Shown: positions 1 through 11,334 of the stretch, one piece after another
How the letters are laid out: every line of letters begins with the position of its first letter
Position numbering within the stretch: position 1 is the stretch's first letter
DNA from: Eledone cirrhosa
Taxonomy: Eukaryota
NCBI GenBank assembly: GCA_964016885.1
Contig: OZ024742.1
Location: 71,176,001-71,240,000 of the forward strand
Length of the DNA: 64,000 bases
Reading direction: 5' to 3'
Position numbers and translations under genes: made by a program
The notes under the pieces: generated by a model
Told to the model about the DNA's origin: nothing
Database searches by the model: none
Seen by the model: only the letters and a program-made list of their open reading frames with translations

Positions 1-671
1 ATGGTCAATTTCTCCTAAGATGCTCATTATGCAGTCTATTCTGCCCGAAATTATGCAGTTCTAAGTCTATGTGCCTTTCTCTACTGATCGAGAAAATGTG
101 GTCGTTCATTCTTATGAATATGATCTCTCCTTTCCTTTTGTCTTAGTCTCTCATGCTACAAATATTCTTGGGGCTCCTCTTGTTACATATTATCTCTTCT
201 TTCTTACTGTCAGTCTTTATTCCTCTAAATGTTCTTGAATTTATCTGGAAGCATATTATCTCTTCTCTTCTGTTGCCTTAGTCTAACTTGCTGTAAATAT
301 TCTTGATGCTCTTCTAATTGTATATTATTTCTTCTCTCCTGTTGTTTTAGTCTAGCTTGTTCTAAAACGATACATCTCTGTTCATTCATTTCCACATGTC
401 TCTGTTGATGTCAACTTTTTTCTCTTTCTATTATTTCTTTTCACTGTTCCTGTCTGATCCATGCTCTATATCTGCACATCCTTTCTTGAGCAGTTTGCAA
501 CTGCCTTTCTTATGAATCCATAGTTTTTATAGTTATATGTCTATCTATATTACTGCTATAGAGACTTAATATATGTTGAAAGAAATATTATTTTAAACAC
601 TTCAAAACATATTTTTTTAGAATTGTTATTTATTTATATAATAAATATTCATGCAGTATTATTTTAAATTA

Positions 672-830
672 GGCAGTGAACTGGCGGATTTGTTAGAACA
701 TCTGATAGAGTGTTTTGCAGTAATCATTCTGGCTCATTGCTCTCTGAGTTTAAATCCTGCCAAGATCAACTTTGCCTGTCATCCATTTGAGGTTGATAAA
801 AAAAAAAGTACCATTTAAGTACTGGAGTCG
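672..830 (+). mobile_element. tRNA-derived SINE (family A: central 'gcctttcatcc..ggggtcgataaaataaagtacc' domain), diverged copy
   Basis: Head ggcagtgaactggcgga, B-box-like gagtttaaatcc, then aactttgcctgtcatcc...gataaa...agtacc; aligns to the better copies at 35586 and 51024. Confidence 0.75.
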
Positions 831-1224
831 ATTCTTCCTCTATATCTCTTTCCCACTTCCTTTCTCTCAATCTTTATCCTTCTCTGGAAGAAATTTATTG
901 CATTCAGATCTGGAGAGGAGATGGGCTCCACCAGGTTTAAAATGCCCTTGAAATGCTGTATGTATTAGGAAAGAAATATTATTCTAAACACTTCAAAAAA
1001 TATAATTAATATTCACAAAAAGCAGAATTATAATATAGATTGTGTATATATATTTAATTTTGCCAGTTGTTTAAATGAAGAGACAATCGGTGTTTCTAAC
1101 TCTTGTAGAACCAACTGTAATAAATACACGTCGTCTGGTGTGTTTAACTATACAGAGTGGCAGAAAAAGAAAGGGTTAAAGAACGCAGGCACGTAAAAAC
1201 ACATGCACGCGCGTACACACTTTT

Positions 1225-1297
1225 ACACATGCACACACACTTTGAGACAGGCATGCACACACACTTTGAGACAGGCATGCACACACACACACACACA

Positions 1298-1343
<46 letters not shown>

Positions 1344-1345
1344 TA
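1225..1345. repeat. (CA)n(TA)n compound microsatellite with a short tandem duplication
   Basis: catgcacacacactttgagacagg twice, then (CA)n and (TA)n. Confidence 0.95.
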
Positions 1346-1496
1346 ATATAATAGTCTTGTGTATTTGTCTGTAACGCACTAGAAATGACTGAGGTCGTCA
1401 ACCGAGGAAGGAAGAGGTGTGTGTCTATATATATGGCGGATTGGCTACACACATTGGCTGTTATGATTATGTGAGTGTTTGTGTGTTTGTATAAAT

Positions 1497-1685
1497 TATA
1501 ATAATGATAATAATAATAATAATGAAATTATTGTGTAAAGTGCTCAGGTGCACTACAACTCGTCAAAGGTGTATGTATAGTACATAGAATAATACACAAA
1601 TGTCAGGGAAGTGAATAGTGTATGAGTCATGGTATACATATGTGTATGTGTATGGAGGGGGAACATTAGCTGTAGTGTTGGCGGA
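1497..1685 (-). mobile_element. 5'-truncated 3' end of a CR1-type LINE with (ATT)n tail
   Basis: Reverse complement matches the 3' UTR/tail of the CR1-like copy at 46150-46935 (gagttgtagtgcacctgagcact...ataatttcattattatt). Confidence 0.75.
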
Positions 1686-2075
1686 TTATATTTATATATA
1701 TTTGTGAGTGTATATGTGTTTGTTTAGAAAGATACATAAACAATAGAATTACAAACACACGCGAATCTACACATACATATAAACAGACACACTTAGAAAA
1801 AATAATTACTACATACATCTATAAGATGAACGAGGAAGGAAGGGTGATACAGTTTAGAAGTCCAGCGTTCTAAGATTCGTCACAGCTGTGTGTTTGAATC
1901 ACTTGTGTGGGTAAGCAGGAAGGAACCAACCAACCAGCCAACCAACAAACAGACATCTCTTTTTTTACATTATGTGTAGATATTACAATTAGCCGTCATT
2001 TTTGATGCCACGGGGCCAGCTAGAATATATATATATATATATATATATAAGTTAAAACAATGAAATAAAAAATCA

Positions 2076-2251
2076 AGTCATTAGAAATATACTTCACTGC
2101 TTTATGATCGTTTCTAGGTGATGATAATACATCATAACTATATTTCGATCTATGTAAAGTTAGTTACAAAATATCAGATAAGGAAAATATTTACTTACAT
2201 GCATATCACCTAGAAACGATCGTAAAGCAGTGAAGTATATTTCTAATGACT
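2076..2251. repeat. Inverted repeat: 47-bp arms (2076-2122 / 2205-2251), 82-bp spacer
   Basis: agtcattagaaatatacttcactgctttatgatcgtttctaggtgat versus atcacctagaaacgatcgtaaagcagtgaagtatatttctaatgact, one mismatch; lies between (TA)n tracts. Confidence 0.95.
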
Positions 2252-2371
2252 CTGTTTTCCTTTTAATGTTTTATCGTTTTTCGGGATTTATTTTAACCTA
2301 CAACATTTTCAACAGATGGATTACATCGAGTTCTTCATGCAGACTGGACCCCACAACTTACCGTGGATATC

Positions 2372-2420
<49 letters not shown>

Positions 2421-2425
<5 letters not shown>

Positions 2426-2914
2426 AGTTAATATAAATTAATATATATGATAAACACAAATACCAACATATAAGTGTTTGTATTGCAAATGACTAAGTTA
2501 GCTAGATTGAAAAATACTAATTATAATAATACAGTTTGCCTGTCTCGATTTAAAATAATAAATCAATAAAAACAAATCATATTGGCAAATGGCCGTGGTA
2601 CTTGGACAAATTTAAATTTCAAAATCCAAACCTGCTCCGTAGATAAGTTTAAACTTCAAAATCCAAATTTGGATTTTGAAGTTTAAACTTATCTACGGAG
2701 CAGGTTTGGATTTTGAAATTTAAATTTGTCCAAGTACCACGGCCATTTGCCAATATGATTTGTTTTTATTGATTTATTATTTTAAATCGAGACAGGCAAA
2801 CTGTATTATTATAATTAGTATTTTTCAATCTAGCTAACTTAGTCATTTGCAATACAAACACTTATATGTTGGTATTTGTGTTTATCATATATATTAATTT
2901 ATATTAACTTGTAT
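2421..2914. repeat. Perfect spacer-less palindrome, 2 x 247 bp
   Basis: Centre ...atccaaa|tttggat... at 2667/2668; arms reverse-complementary out to atacaag / cttgtat; left arm abuts (TA)n. Confidence 0.95.
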
Positions 2915-2999
2915 TACATGGCTCAGAAATACTTCTTTCTTTGAGCTATTTCATTGTAAAGGACTGTTTGAGTTTAGAACTCGTTATTCATAGTATATG

Positions 3000-3035
<36 letters not shown>

Positions 3036-3482
3036 TATATAAAGAAAGGGGTGAGTTAAAGAGTGAATAAAAAAAATCCTCCTACAGAAAACATTTGCCC
3101 CTCTTCAATTGTTTACCCATTCCCACTTTCAATTTTAACCAACACATCTCTCTCACTTCACCTCCATCTCCTTCGCACGCCACCTCCCCCTCTAACTAAA
3201 GTGTAATGCTCGAACGAACAAATAAGCAGAATTATAATATAGGTTATACATGTTCAACATATCCGTTCTAATTAGGATATAGAACATTCTTTTGTTTACT
3301 AACTATGAGGATATATTTACTGTATATACTCAAATGTAAGCCGACCTCTATTTTATGTCTGAGAAATGGACAAAAATCGAAACCCCGTTTATGAGCCAAG
3401 GCAACTAATCAACACATGGCGCTGTTTTGAAATTCTCATGATTAGAGAAAATATTTACGAATTTTTCATATTTTGATATGTA

Positions 3483-3702
3483 GGAACGATCGACTTTCGT
3501 CAAATCGGACCGAGGGAACAATGTTTCCGTTGGTCTTTCCAATTGCTAATACTATCTATCGGTCGCAACTCCAGGTAGAAGGAACAACGTGAAATAAAGT
3601 GTCTTGCTCAAGGACATAACGCATCGCCTGGTCCAGGAATCGAACTCACAACCTTACGATTGCGAATCCGATTCTCTAACCACTCAGCCACACGCCTTCA
3701 CA
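3483..3702 (-). mobile_element. tRNA-derived CORE-type SINE
   Basis: Minus strand: A box tggctgagtgg, B box gttcgattcc, CORE-like tgtccttgagcaagacacttta; 13-bp TSD attttgatatgta at 3470-3482 and 3703-3715. Confidence 0.85.
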
Positions 3703-3842
3703 ATTTTGATATGTAAAATGTTTTAATTGTCGTTTAGAGTATATTTTTTTGTTTCGCAAATCCACTACTCAATCACTTTAGAAGGGAGGGAGAGACAGAG
3801 CGTAATGAAACAAGATTGAAAGAAAAAGTATAATTATGTAAG

Positions 3843-4096
3843 TGTGAGTATGGTGTGGTGTGCGGTGGCCGGAGGCTGGGGAGTGCTCGACCGGAAGAGT
3901 GCTTGACCAGAAGGGTGCTCGACCGGAAGGGCCAGCAGGTCTGCCTCTCTCTAGGGTGGTCAGCGAACATGGTGGACGTCAGCTGTGGAGCTCCTGGTTA
4001 ACGAGTTGGATTGTACGCACGTGGGAGAGGAGAAACCAGCCATGGGATTAGCGGTACGAGCGGAAGCGGTAAGTGAGGTAGCTTTCTCTAACCACA
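3843..4096 (+). repeat. 5' LTR (254 bp)
   Basis: Direct repeat of 7314-7551; has three copies of a 16-bp unit gagtgctcgaccggaa versus two in the 3' LTR. Confidence 0.95.
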
Positions 4097-4226
4097 GGCT
4101 ATTTCAGAACTGGAAACTGAGATCTGATTGATCAAAAAAAAAAAAGAACTTTCTCGAAAACAAAGCTATGGAAAAACAGAGAGAAGTCTGTTGTTTTTTA
4201 TTACTTACCGCAAGACGAGATTACGA

Positions 4227-4967
4227 ATGAGCGGAGAAGCGATTAGAGCATTTACCGGTGAAGGCGATGTTGTCGCTTGGCTGCGAAAAGTCCGGCTGGT
4301 TGCAAGCTTACAGAAGATAGAAGATGTGGCTGGCCTCATGGCACTGTACCTCGAGGGGGATGCGTTGGCACTCTTCCTAGAGATGGATGAACACTGCCAA
4401 AGGGATGCGCAAAAGATTGAGAGGCGTATGATGGAAGCGTTCGCGGAAGGACCGTTAGCCGCTTTTGCTAAGCTGGCAAGGATTAGATGGAACGGTGAAC
4501 GCGTTGACATTGTCGCAGCTGAAATACGGCGATTGGCCACGTTGGCTGGATATCAGGTGGAATGCGAATGCACGGTGCGGTTGGCGTTCATAAATGGATT
4601 TCCAGACGACATAGCGGTGAAACTACAGCAAGTCCCGGGTTACAAGGAAATGGAGATGCATGCACTGGTGGAGAAAGCCCGCATCATAGCAGAAGATGCC
4701 AAGAAGAGTGTCGCAGCGATAGCAATAACAGAGGCCCAAGGCAGCGAAATGGTGAAAGGGAGGCAACCATGGCACGCGGTCGCCCGCGAACGTTTAGAGG
4801 TCGTTGTTTTAGGTGCCAGGGCCCGCCCATGGCGAGAGACTGTAGAGAGTCAAGGCCGGACAAAATATGCTACCGGTGTAAGTGACCAGGCCACATCGCT
4901 ACTAGCTGCGACCAGGGAAAACAATCCAAGGGGAACTACTACGCCGGTAGCTGCCCCTAACGAGTAG
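4227..4967 (+). pseudogene. gag: gag (frameshifted; CCHC zinc knuckles fall in another frame, with a stop)
   Basis: MSGEAIRAFTGEGDVVAWL...; alternative frame RCFRCQGPPMARDC...ICYRCK*PGHIATSC. Confidence 0.85.
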
Positions 4968-4969
4968 AG

Positions 4970-7300
4970 GCGCTGCCCGTGGTGAAAGTTTTCGTGAGGG
5001 GAAAGCCACAGCGAGCCCTCGTGGACACAGGCTGTACGACGACACTGGTGACCACGGGGGTGGCGCAGAGGTGGAGAGGGACGAGTAGCATAAGGGCAGT
5101 CGACGGTAGGAAAATTGAATGCCAAGGTCGCAGCGAGGTGGAGATGGTGGTACGGGGAAAGAAAATAAGGCTTTCTGCCATCGTAGTCGACAATGTGGGT
5201 GGATGGGATCGGCGTAGTTATGGGCATGGATGCAATTGGTCATCTAGGAGGTGTCGCAGTGAACAATGTCGGTGTGTCGTTTGGTGGCGCCGCATTGGTA
5301 TGCGCTGTGAGTACGCGACAGGAGAACCAGAAGGCCCACGAGGAGAAATATCCCGCTTACACTGTACAGGACAAAGACTTCAAGGCCGTGTTCGATGGGC
5401 AACGATGGGTTGTTGAGTGGTACTGGAAGGGAGAACCACAAACACTGAAGACTAAAGTGGGCTGCTATCAATACACATTGAAGGGAGACATAAGGAGCGA
5501 GTTCGAGCGAGAGGTAGAGAGATGGATTGAAGAGGGCATACTGCTTCCCTGGAAAGAGGAGGTGAAGTGCGGAGTATTGCCATTAATGGCAGTGGCACAA
5601 CCCACGAAGAACAAAGTGAGGCCAGTACTGGACTTTCGGGAGCTGAACGAGCACGTGTCATGCCACACGGGTGGCGAGATCTGTGGGGAAACCCTGTGTG
5701 AGTGGAGACGCAGGACGGGGGCTTCCGCAATCGATCTAAAGTCGGCATACTTGCAATTACACATAGATGAGAAGCTCTGTCAGTCTCAGCTGGTCAGGTA
5801 TAAGGGCCAGACATATTGCCTGACCAGGCTCGGTTTCGGGCTGAGCTCTACACTGAAGATCATGGCGGCGATCCTCAAGAACATTCTGGGAAAGGCCGAC
5901 AAGATGAAGAGGGCCACTAATTCCTACATTGACGACATCCTAGTGGACGAGTCTGTAGTGTCGGTGGCAGAGGTCACAAGCCATTTACAGGGGTATGGAC
6001 TGGCTGCGGAGCCGTCAGAAGCGTTGGAGGGAGGAGGCGCGCTGGGACTTAGGCTACGGCAAGACAGGACAGGCGTATTAGTATTCCAGAGGGGAAATGA
6101 AGTTCCAGAACTGGGCCCAAGTATGAGTAGGCGGGAGCTTTTCTCGGCATGTGGAAAGTTGGTGGGTCACTACCCAATTACTGGTTGGCTCCGGACGGCA
6201 TGCAGCTATGTCAAGAGACGAGCGGGCGGGGTGACGTGGTGTGACAGAGTGGGAGAGAGGATGGTGGCCATGATGCAGGAGATCGTGGAAAGGGTGAAGG
6301 CCGACGACCCAGTGCGGGGACACTGGTATGTTCCCAAATCGCAGAGCGGGACCGTATGGTGCGATGCCAGCAGCATAGCGCTAGGTGTCACGTTGGAGAT
6401 AGGAGATGTTGAGGTCGAGGATGCAGCCTGGCTTAAGAAGAAGGACGATTGCAACCACATCAATGTGGCCGAACTGGACGCGGTGTTGAGAGGGGTGAAG
6501 ATCGCCCTGAGGTGGGGACTGCGCACCATCGAGATTCGCACCGACTCGGCTACTGTACTCGGATGGGTGAGATCAGTGCTCACCAGTGAGAAGAGAGTGC
6601 GAACGAGAGGGGCGGCGGAGATGCTGATAAAGCGCCGCCTGGGAACTTTAGGAGAGCTGGCCACCGAGTTCGACCTGAGGTTGAGCGTAGTTTTCGTGCC
6701 ATCAGAGAAAAATAGGGCGGACGTTTTTACCAGGGTGAAGAAAGCCTGGATGGAAGCGGCGGAGGATGTAGAAGAGGAGATAGCTGCCGTGTGTCGGCTG
6801 ACCGACTCGGATCTGAAAGGGTTGCATGACATGCACCACATGGGAGTGGATAGGACTCTGTTCCTAGCCAGGAGAATCGACTCGGACGTTAACAGACACA
6901 GTGTTCAAAGAGTGGTTAGAGGCTGCGTCCGATGTCAGTCCATTGATCCTGCCCCAGGTGTGCACGAAACGGGAAGCCTCCTGGTGGATCGCGACTGGAA
7001 GCGATTGGCGGTGGATGTAACACACTACCGACAAGGAACATACCTCTCAATGGTCGACTGTGGACTGGGACGGATGGCGATATGAAGGGAGATGAAGACT
7101 GGAACGGCCGAGGAAATTACGCGAACATTGAGAGAAATCATGTCCTGGATGTCCGTAGAATTACTGTGTCAACGGACTCCGAGGAAGAGGAAACCCAAAG
7201 TGCCGCCCCAACACTGCGGAGATCACAAAGAAGTCGCAAACCACCAACCTGGACAGCAGACTTTCATATGCAGCAGGACAAGGGGGAAATTGATCCTTGA
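4970..7300 (+). pseudogene. pol: pol: aspartic protease, RT, RNase H, integrase N-terminus (frameshift near 5190, stop at 7083-7085, integrase core deleted)
   Basis: ALVDTGC (PR); RPVLDFRELN, IDLKSAYLQ, YIDDILV (RT); WCDASS..HINVAELDAV..TDS (RNase H); H..HHMG...C..C and AVDVTHY (IN); sequence jumps from TLREI to HVLDVRR. Confidence 0.9.
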
Positions 7301-7313
7301 GATCAGAGGGGTG

Positions 7314-7551
7314 TGTGGGTATGGTTTGGTGTGCGGTGGCCGGAGGCTGGGGAGTGCTTGACCGGAAGAGTGCTTGACCGGAAGGGCCAGCAGGTCTGCC
7401 TCTCTCTAGGGTGGTCATCGAACGTGGTGGACGTCAGTTTTGGAGCTTCCGGTTAACGAGTTGGATTGTACGCACGTGGGAGAGGAGAAACCAGCCATGG
7501 GATTAGCGGTACCAGCGAAAGCGGTAAATGAAGTAGCTTTTTCTAACCACA
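7314..7551 (+). repeat. 3' LTR (238 bp)
   Basis: About 14 substitutions (by eye) and one 16-bp indel versus the 5' LTR. Confidence 0.95.
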
Positions 7552-8442
7552 GTAAGTTACAGAGAAAAACAGTCGGCGCACATGTGTTTATGTACGCATG
7601 TATGTGTAGAGGATATTTATGTATTAAAAAGTTCAAATAATAAGACTGAGGGAATGTTTTCAAGGCAATACATAAATAAAACTCATGATGATATAGTAAA
7701 CGTAGAAAAACAGTGTTTCATTGTGAAATAATCACTCCATATATTTTAGTACCTTATTTACATAGAATTCGATGTTGGTGAAAATATTGACCCCGAATAT
7801 AAGCCAACCCCACATATTCCTCAACTTATATTCAAGTATATCTGGCACACAACTAGTCAGATTGAAGAGTGAGAACTTCTTTGTGAGTGACATTCCTGCC
7901 TAAACAACAATAATTTCACTTTTAACAAAGCAACTTTCTACTTTATATGGGGACTCCATCAGTAATTTACTACCTGTAATTATTGCTGGTGTTTTTCCTT
8001 CACCCAAACCTAGATTAATCATTAAGCAAAATAAGCTCCTGTTTAGAGCCTCTAAAGTTCTTAATGCTTTCAGTCTGATCTATTTTTATCCCAGTTTTCT
8101 CTGTTGACTATTAGTTATTACTGTGGGCAAAAAGTTAAGACAAGACTTAAAAAAAAACAACTTTCCTAGTCACCAAAATTAAACTCAAATGCTAATTTCA
8201 AGGTTCACCGAACAACAGAGTGGGCAGTATTAAAATCGATTATTTCTTGCAGTTTTTTTCCTCCTGGATTTGAGGGAATTCACCCCAACTCTTGGGTAAA
8301 GTGAAAACATTTGCAAATCTGAAGTGGGATACGAACAAAAGCTCCTACTGGACAAAAACTCGAAAGACAATATCCTCACTCCTAAGGAACAATATTCTAC
8401 ATTTAAAAAAAAAAAAAAAAAAATCTCTATATAAATTTCCTC

Positions 8443-9392
8443 AACTGCACTTATCTACCAAATCTTAGCTATGCAGATGATATGGCCACCATGAGTTACT
8501 CTAGAACTGATCTGCAAGACTTTCTGAATATACTGGCCAAACATTCACTGGAGGCTGGCTTACACAACAACATCTCCAAAACAAAATGTATGACAACTGA
8601 TAAAAACAATGCCAATCTCCAACTCACAATCTACAACCAGCAAATTGCTCAAGTTACGGAGTTTGTATATCTCAGTCACAAATTATAATCAAACAACAAT
8701 GGAATGGTTACTGCGCTGCATCGCATCACTCTAGGTTGGGCAGCTTTCAACAAGCACAAGGAAGTACTAACATCAAAACAAGTTTCCTATCATTTGAAGG
8801 CTAAGATCTTTGATACTTACATCGTACCAGTTGTGTTATATGGTCTTGACTGTGTTAATTGGATGACAAGGTCACTTCAGAAGCTCTCTATATTCCAGAA
8901 CCACATCAGGAGACTTATGACTGGCAAGCAGCTCAGCAACCGTATCTGTATCACTGAGCTGCTCAACATTACCAAACTTAGACCAATTACATCAATTGTC
9001 AAGTCAAGAGTATTCAAACTATACAGTCATATAAAAAGATCAGTCATGGTGTGAGTAGGTTATGCCTGGAAGGAAGGTTGGCTGGTAAGAGAAGCAGAGG
9101 CCGGGGCAGCCAAAACGATGGCTTGATAATGTCAACCTATGGACTGGACTTGATCTTTGCTCTTTAAACTCTGCTGTTGGTGATCAAACTTTGTGGATAA
9201 AAATATGTCTGTAACTGGCGTAGTTTAATATCAAAGTAGTACCTTCAGTTGGTGTATAAACTCTTGAAGATGTTCACAAAACTTTGCTAGATGCCATACA
9301 ACAACCATGTTCCAGAGTAACTCCTTGTGTACACTATCAAATGTCTTCTAGAAGTTGACTACCAGTGGTTCTGATGTTTGCTACATTGTTCA
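8443..9392 (+). repeat. 950-bp near-identical direct duplicate of 10326-11275 (LINE RT 3' part plus flank)
   Basis: Offset 1883 bp; identical ORFs 8704-9054 / 10587-10937; only one substitution seen (ggccgggg versus ggctgggg). Confidence 0.95.
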
Positions 9393-10031
9393 CAACACGT
9401 AAAGAGAGAGTAGTTTGACTACCTCATACTCCTCCTCTCTATGTCTGAATTCTAGGAATAATGTTTCAGCTGAAAATAAAATCAGTGTTTATCTAAAGTT
9501 TGACCTAGAATAAAGTATTTGTGTAGCAAAAGACAAGCACAGGTTTCACATTAATTACATTTGAAAATAACATTGCCTTGGTCCATATATTATTTGTTCA
9601 TAGAACATTCTACCTTGATTTATCTTATGTATTTTCAACATTATCATTAAATGATAAGTTATTGTAATAGTTATCTGCTTTTGTTCTATTTATATATGTT
9701 ACATGTATGTGATATTAGTTATTTATGTTTATTTGTGTGTGTGTTTACAGATATTTTTTTGTGAATGAAAACCTCGGTGCGAGGTCTCATAAAGAAGCAG
9801 TATGATTTTTCATTTACATTGTCAATAAATTTGACAAAAAAGAGGTTATTTTTTCTTTAAACCAGTTATCTGAAAAAAATATGTTTACCACATGGACTAT
9901 GATAAAAATATAAAAGAGATAGATATTAATAATGGTATGTAATAATTTTTATGTAGCGGTTCCCTGAGATATGAAAACTGTTTCAAGGGTTCCACAAGGG
10001 TAAAAATATTGAGTACCTTCAGTTTTTTTTT

Positions 10032-11100
10032 TAGTAGGTTGATGTATTTTTTGTTAATTGACGACTTGTTTAAGAGTTGCCACAGACTGGGTAGTTTCAC
10101 GTCAAAAGCTTTTGTGAAGTCAATGAATGTGATGTGCACAGGGTTCTTGAATTCTATTGATTTCTCAATGATGTAAAAAAATACATCAACCTACTGAAAG
10201 AAACTTACACCAACTCAACAGCATATATCAAAACAGATTTGGGAACTACACGGTGTATAGACATCTTGAAGGGAGCTAAGCAGACGGACATACTATCAGC
10301 ACTTCTTTTCTGTATATTAGTAGATAACTGCACTTATCTACCAAATCTTAGCTATGCAGATGATATGGCCACCATGAGTTACTCTAGAACTGATCTGCAA
10401 GACTTTCTGAATATACTGGCCAAACATTCACTGGAGGCTGGCTTACACAACAACATCTCCAAAACAAAATGTATGACAACTGATAAAAACAATGCCAATC
10501 TCCAACTCACAATCTACAACCAGCAAATTGCTCAAGTTACGGAGTTTGTATATCTCAGTCACAAATTATAATCAAACAACAATGGAATGGTTACTGCGCT
10601 GCATCGCATCACTCTAGGTTGGGCAGCTTTCAACAAGCACAAGGAAGTACTAACATCAAAACAAGTTTCCTATCATTTGAAGGCTAAGATCTTTGATACT
10701 TACATCGTACCAGTTGTGTTATATGGTCTTGACTGTGTTAATTGGATGACAAGGTCACTTCAGAAGCTCTCTATATTCCAGAACCACATCAGGAGACTTA
10801 TGACTGGCAAGCAGCTCAGCAACCGTATCTGTATCACTGAGCTGCTCAACATTACCAAACTTAGACCAATTACATCAATTGTCAAGTCAAGAGTATTCAA
10901 ACTATACAGTCATATAAAAAGATCAGTCATGGTGTGAGTAGGTTATGCCTGGAAGGAAGGTTGGCTGGTAAGAGAAGCAGAGGCTGGGGCAGCCAAAACG
11001 ATGGCTTGATAATGTCAACCTATGGACTGGACTTGATCTTTGCTCTTTAAACTCTGCTGTTGGTGATCAAACTTTGTGGATAAAAATATGTCTGTAACTG
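10032..11100 (+). mobile_element. RTE-like LINE fragment (RT, defective) with an inverted 5' segment (10032-10175)
   Basis: Plus strand KGAKQTDILSALLF...YADD...FVYLS...VLYG; minus strand 10032-10175 encodes the upstream motif IIEKS..HITFIDFTKAFD. Confidence 0.85.
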
Positions 11101-11334
11101 GCGTAGTTTAATATCAAAGTAGTACCTTCAGTTGGTGTATAAACTCTTGAAGATGTTCACAAAACTTTGCTAGATGCCATACAACAACCATGTTCCAGAG
11201 TAACTCCTTGTGTACACTATCAAATGTCTTCTAGAAGTTGACTACCAGTGGTTCTGATGTTTGCTACATTGTTCAATAATATTCCCCAGAGTGACAATCT
11301 GTTCAGTGCCTGAGCTGTTGTTTTGAATCTCAGC

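Larger units (their letters stand above)
3843..7551 (+). mobile_element. Ty3/Gypsy LTR retrotransposon, both LTRs present, defective (frameshifts, integrase core deleted)
   Basis: LTRs 3843-4096 and 7314-7551 (TGT...ACA); 5-bp TSD GTAAG at 3838-3842 and 7552-7556; purine-rich PPT gatcagaggggtg before the 3' LTR; domain order gag-PR-RT-RNaseH-IN. Confidence 0.95.
3320..7845. mobile_element. Non-autonomous Tc1/mariner-superfamily (Tc2/pogo-like) DNA transposon, about 0.6 kb of its own sequence, hosting a SINE and a Gypsy element
   Basis: Left end ta-ctgtatatactcaaatgtaagccga; right end reverse complement ccagatatacttgaatataagttga (degenerate TIRs of the CCGTATATACTCGAnTATAAGCCGA type); subterminal ccccg...ataagcc repeats near 3383 and 7791; uninterrupted paralog of the interior at 26435-26710. 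Confidence 0.6.

Noticed and set aside
3620-3700. tRNA gene
   Set aside because: A and B boxes are present, but it continues into a CORE-like body and is flanked by a TSD: a SINE head
9751-9799. Possible plus-strand micro-exon (tttacag|...|gtatga)
   Set aside because: Isolated, weak donor, no recognisable peptide or partner exons
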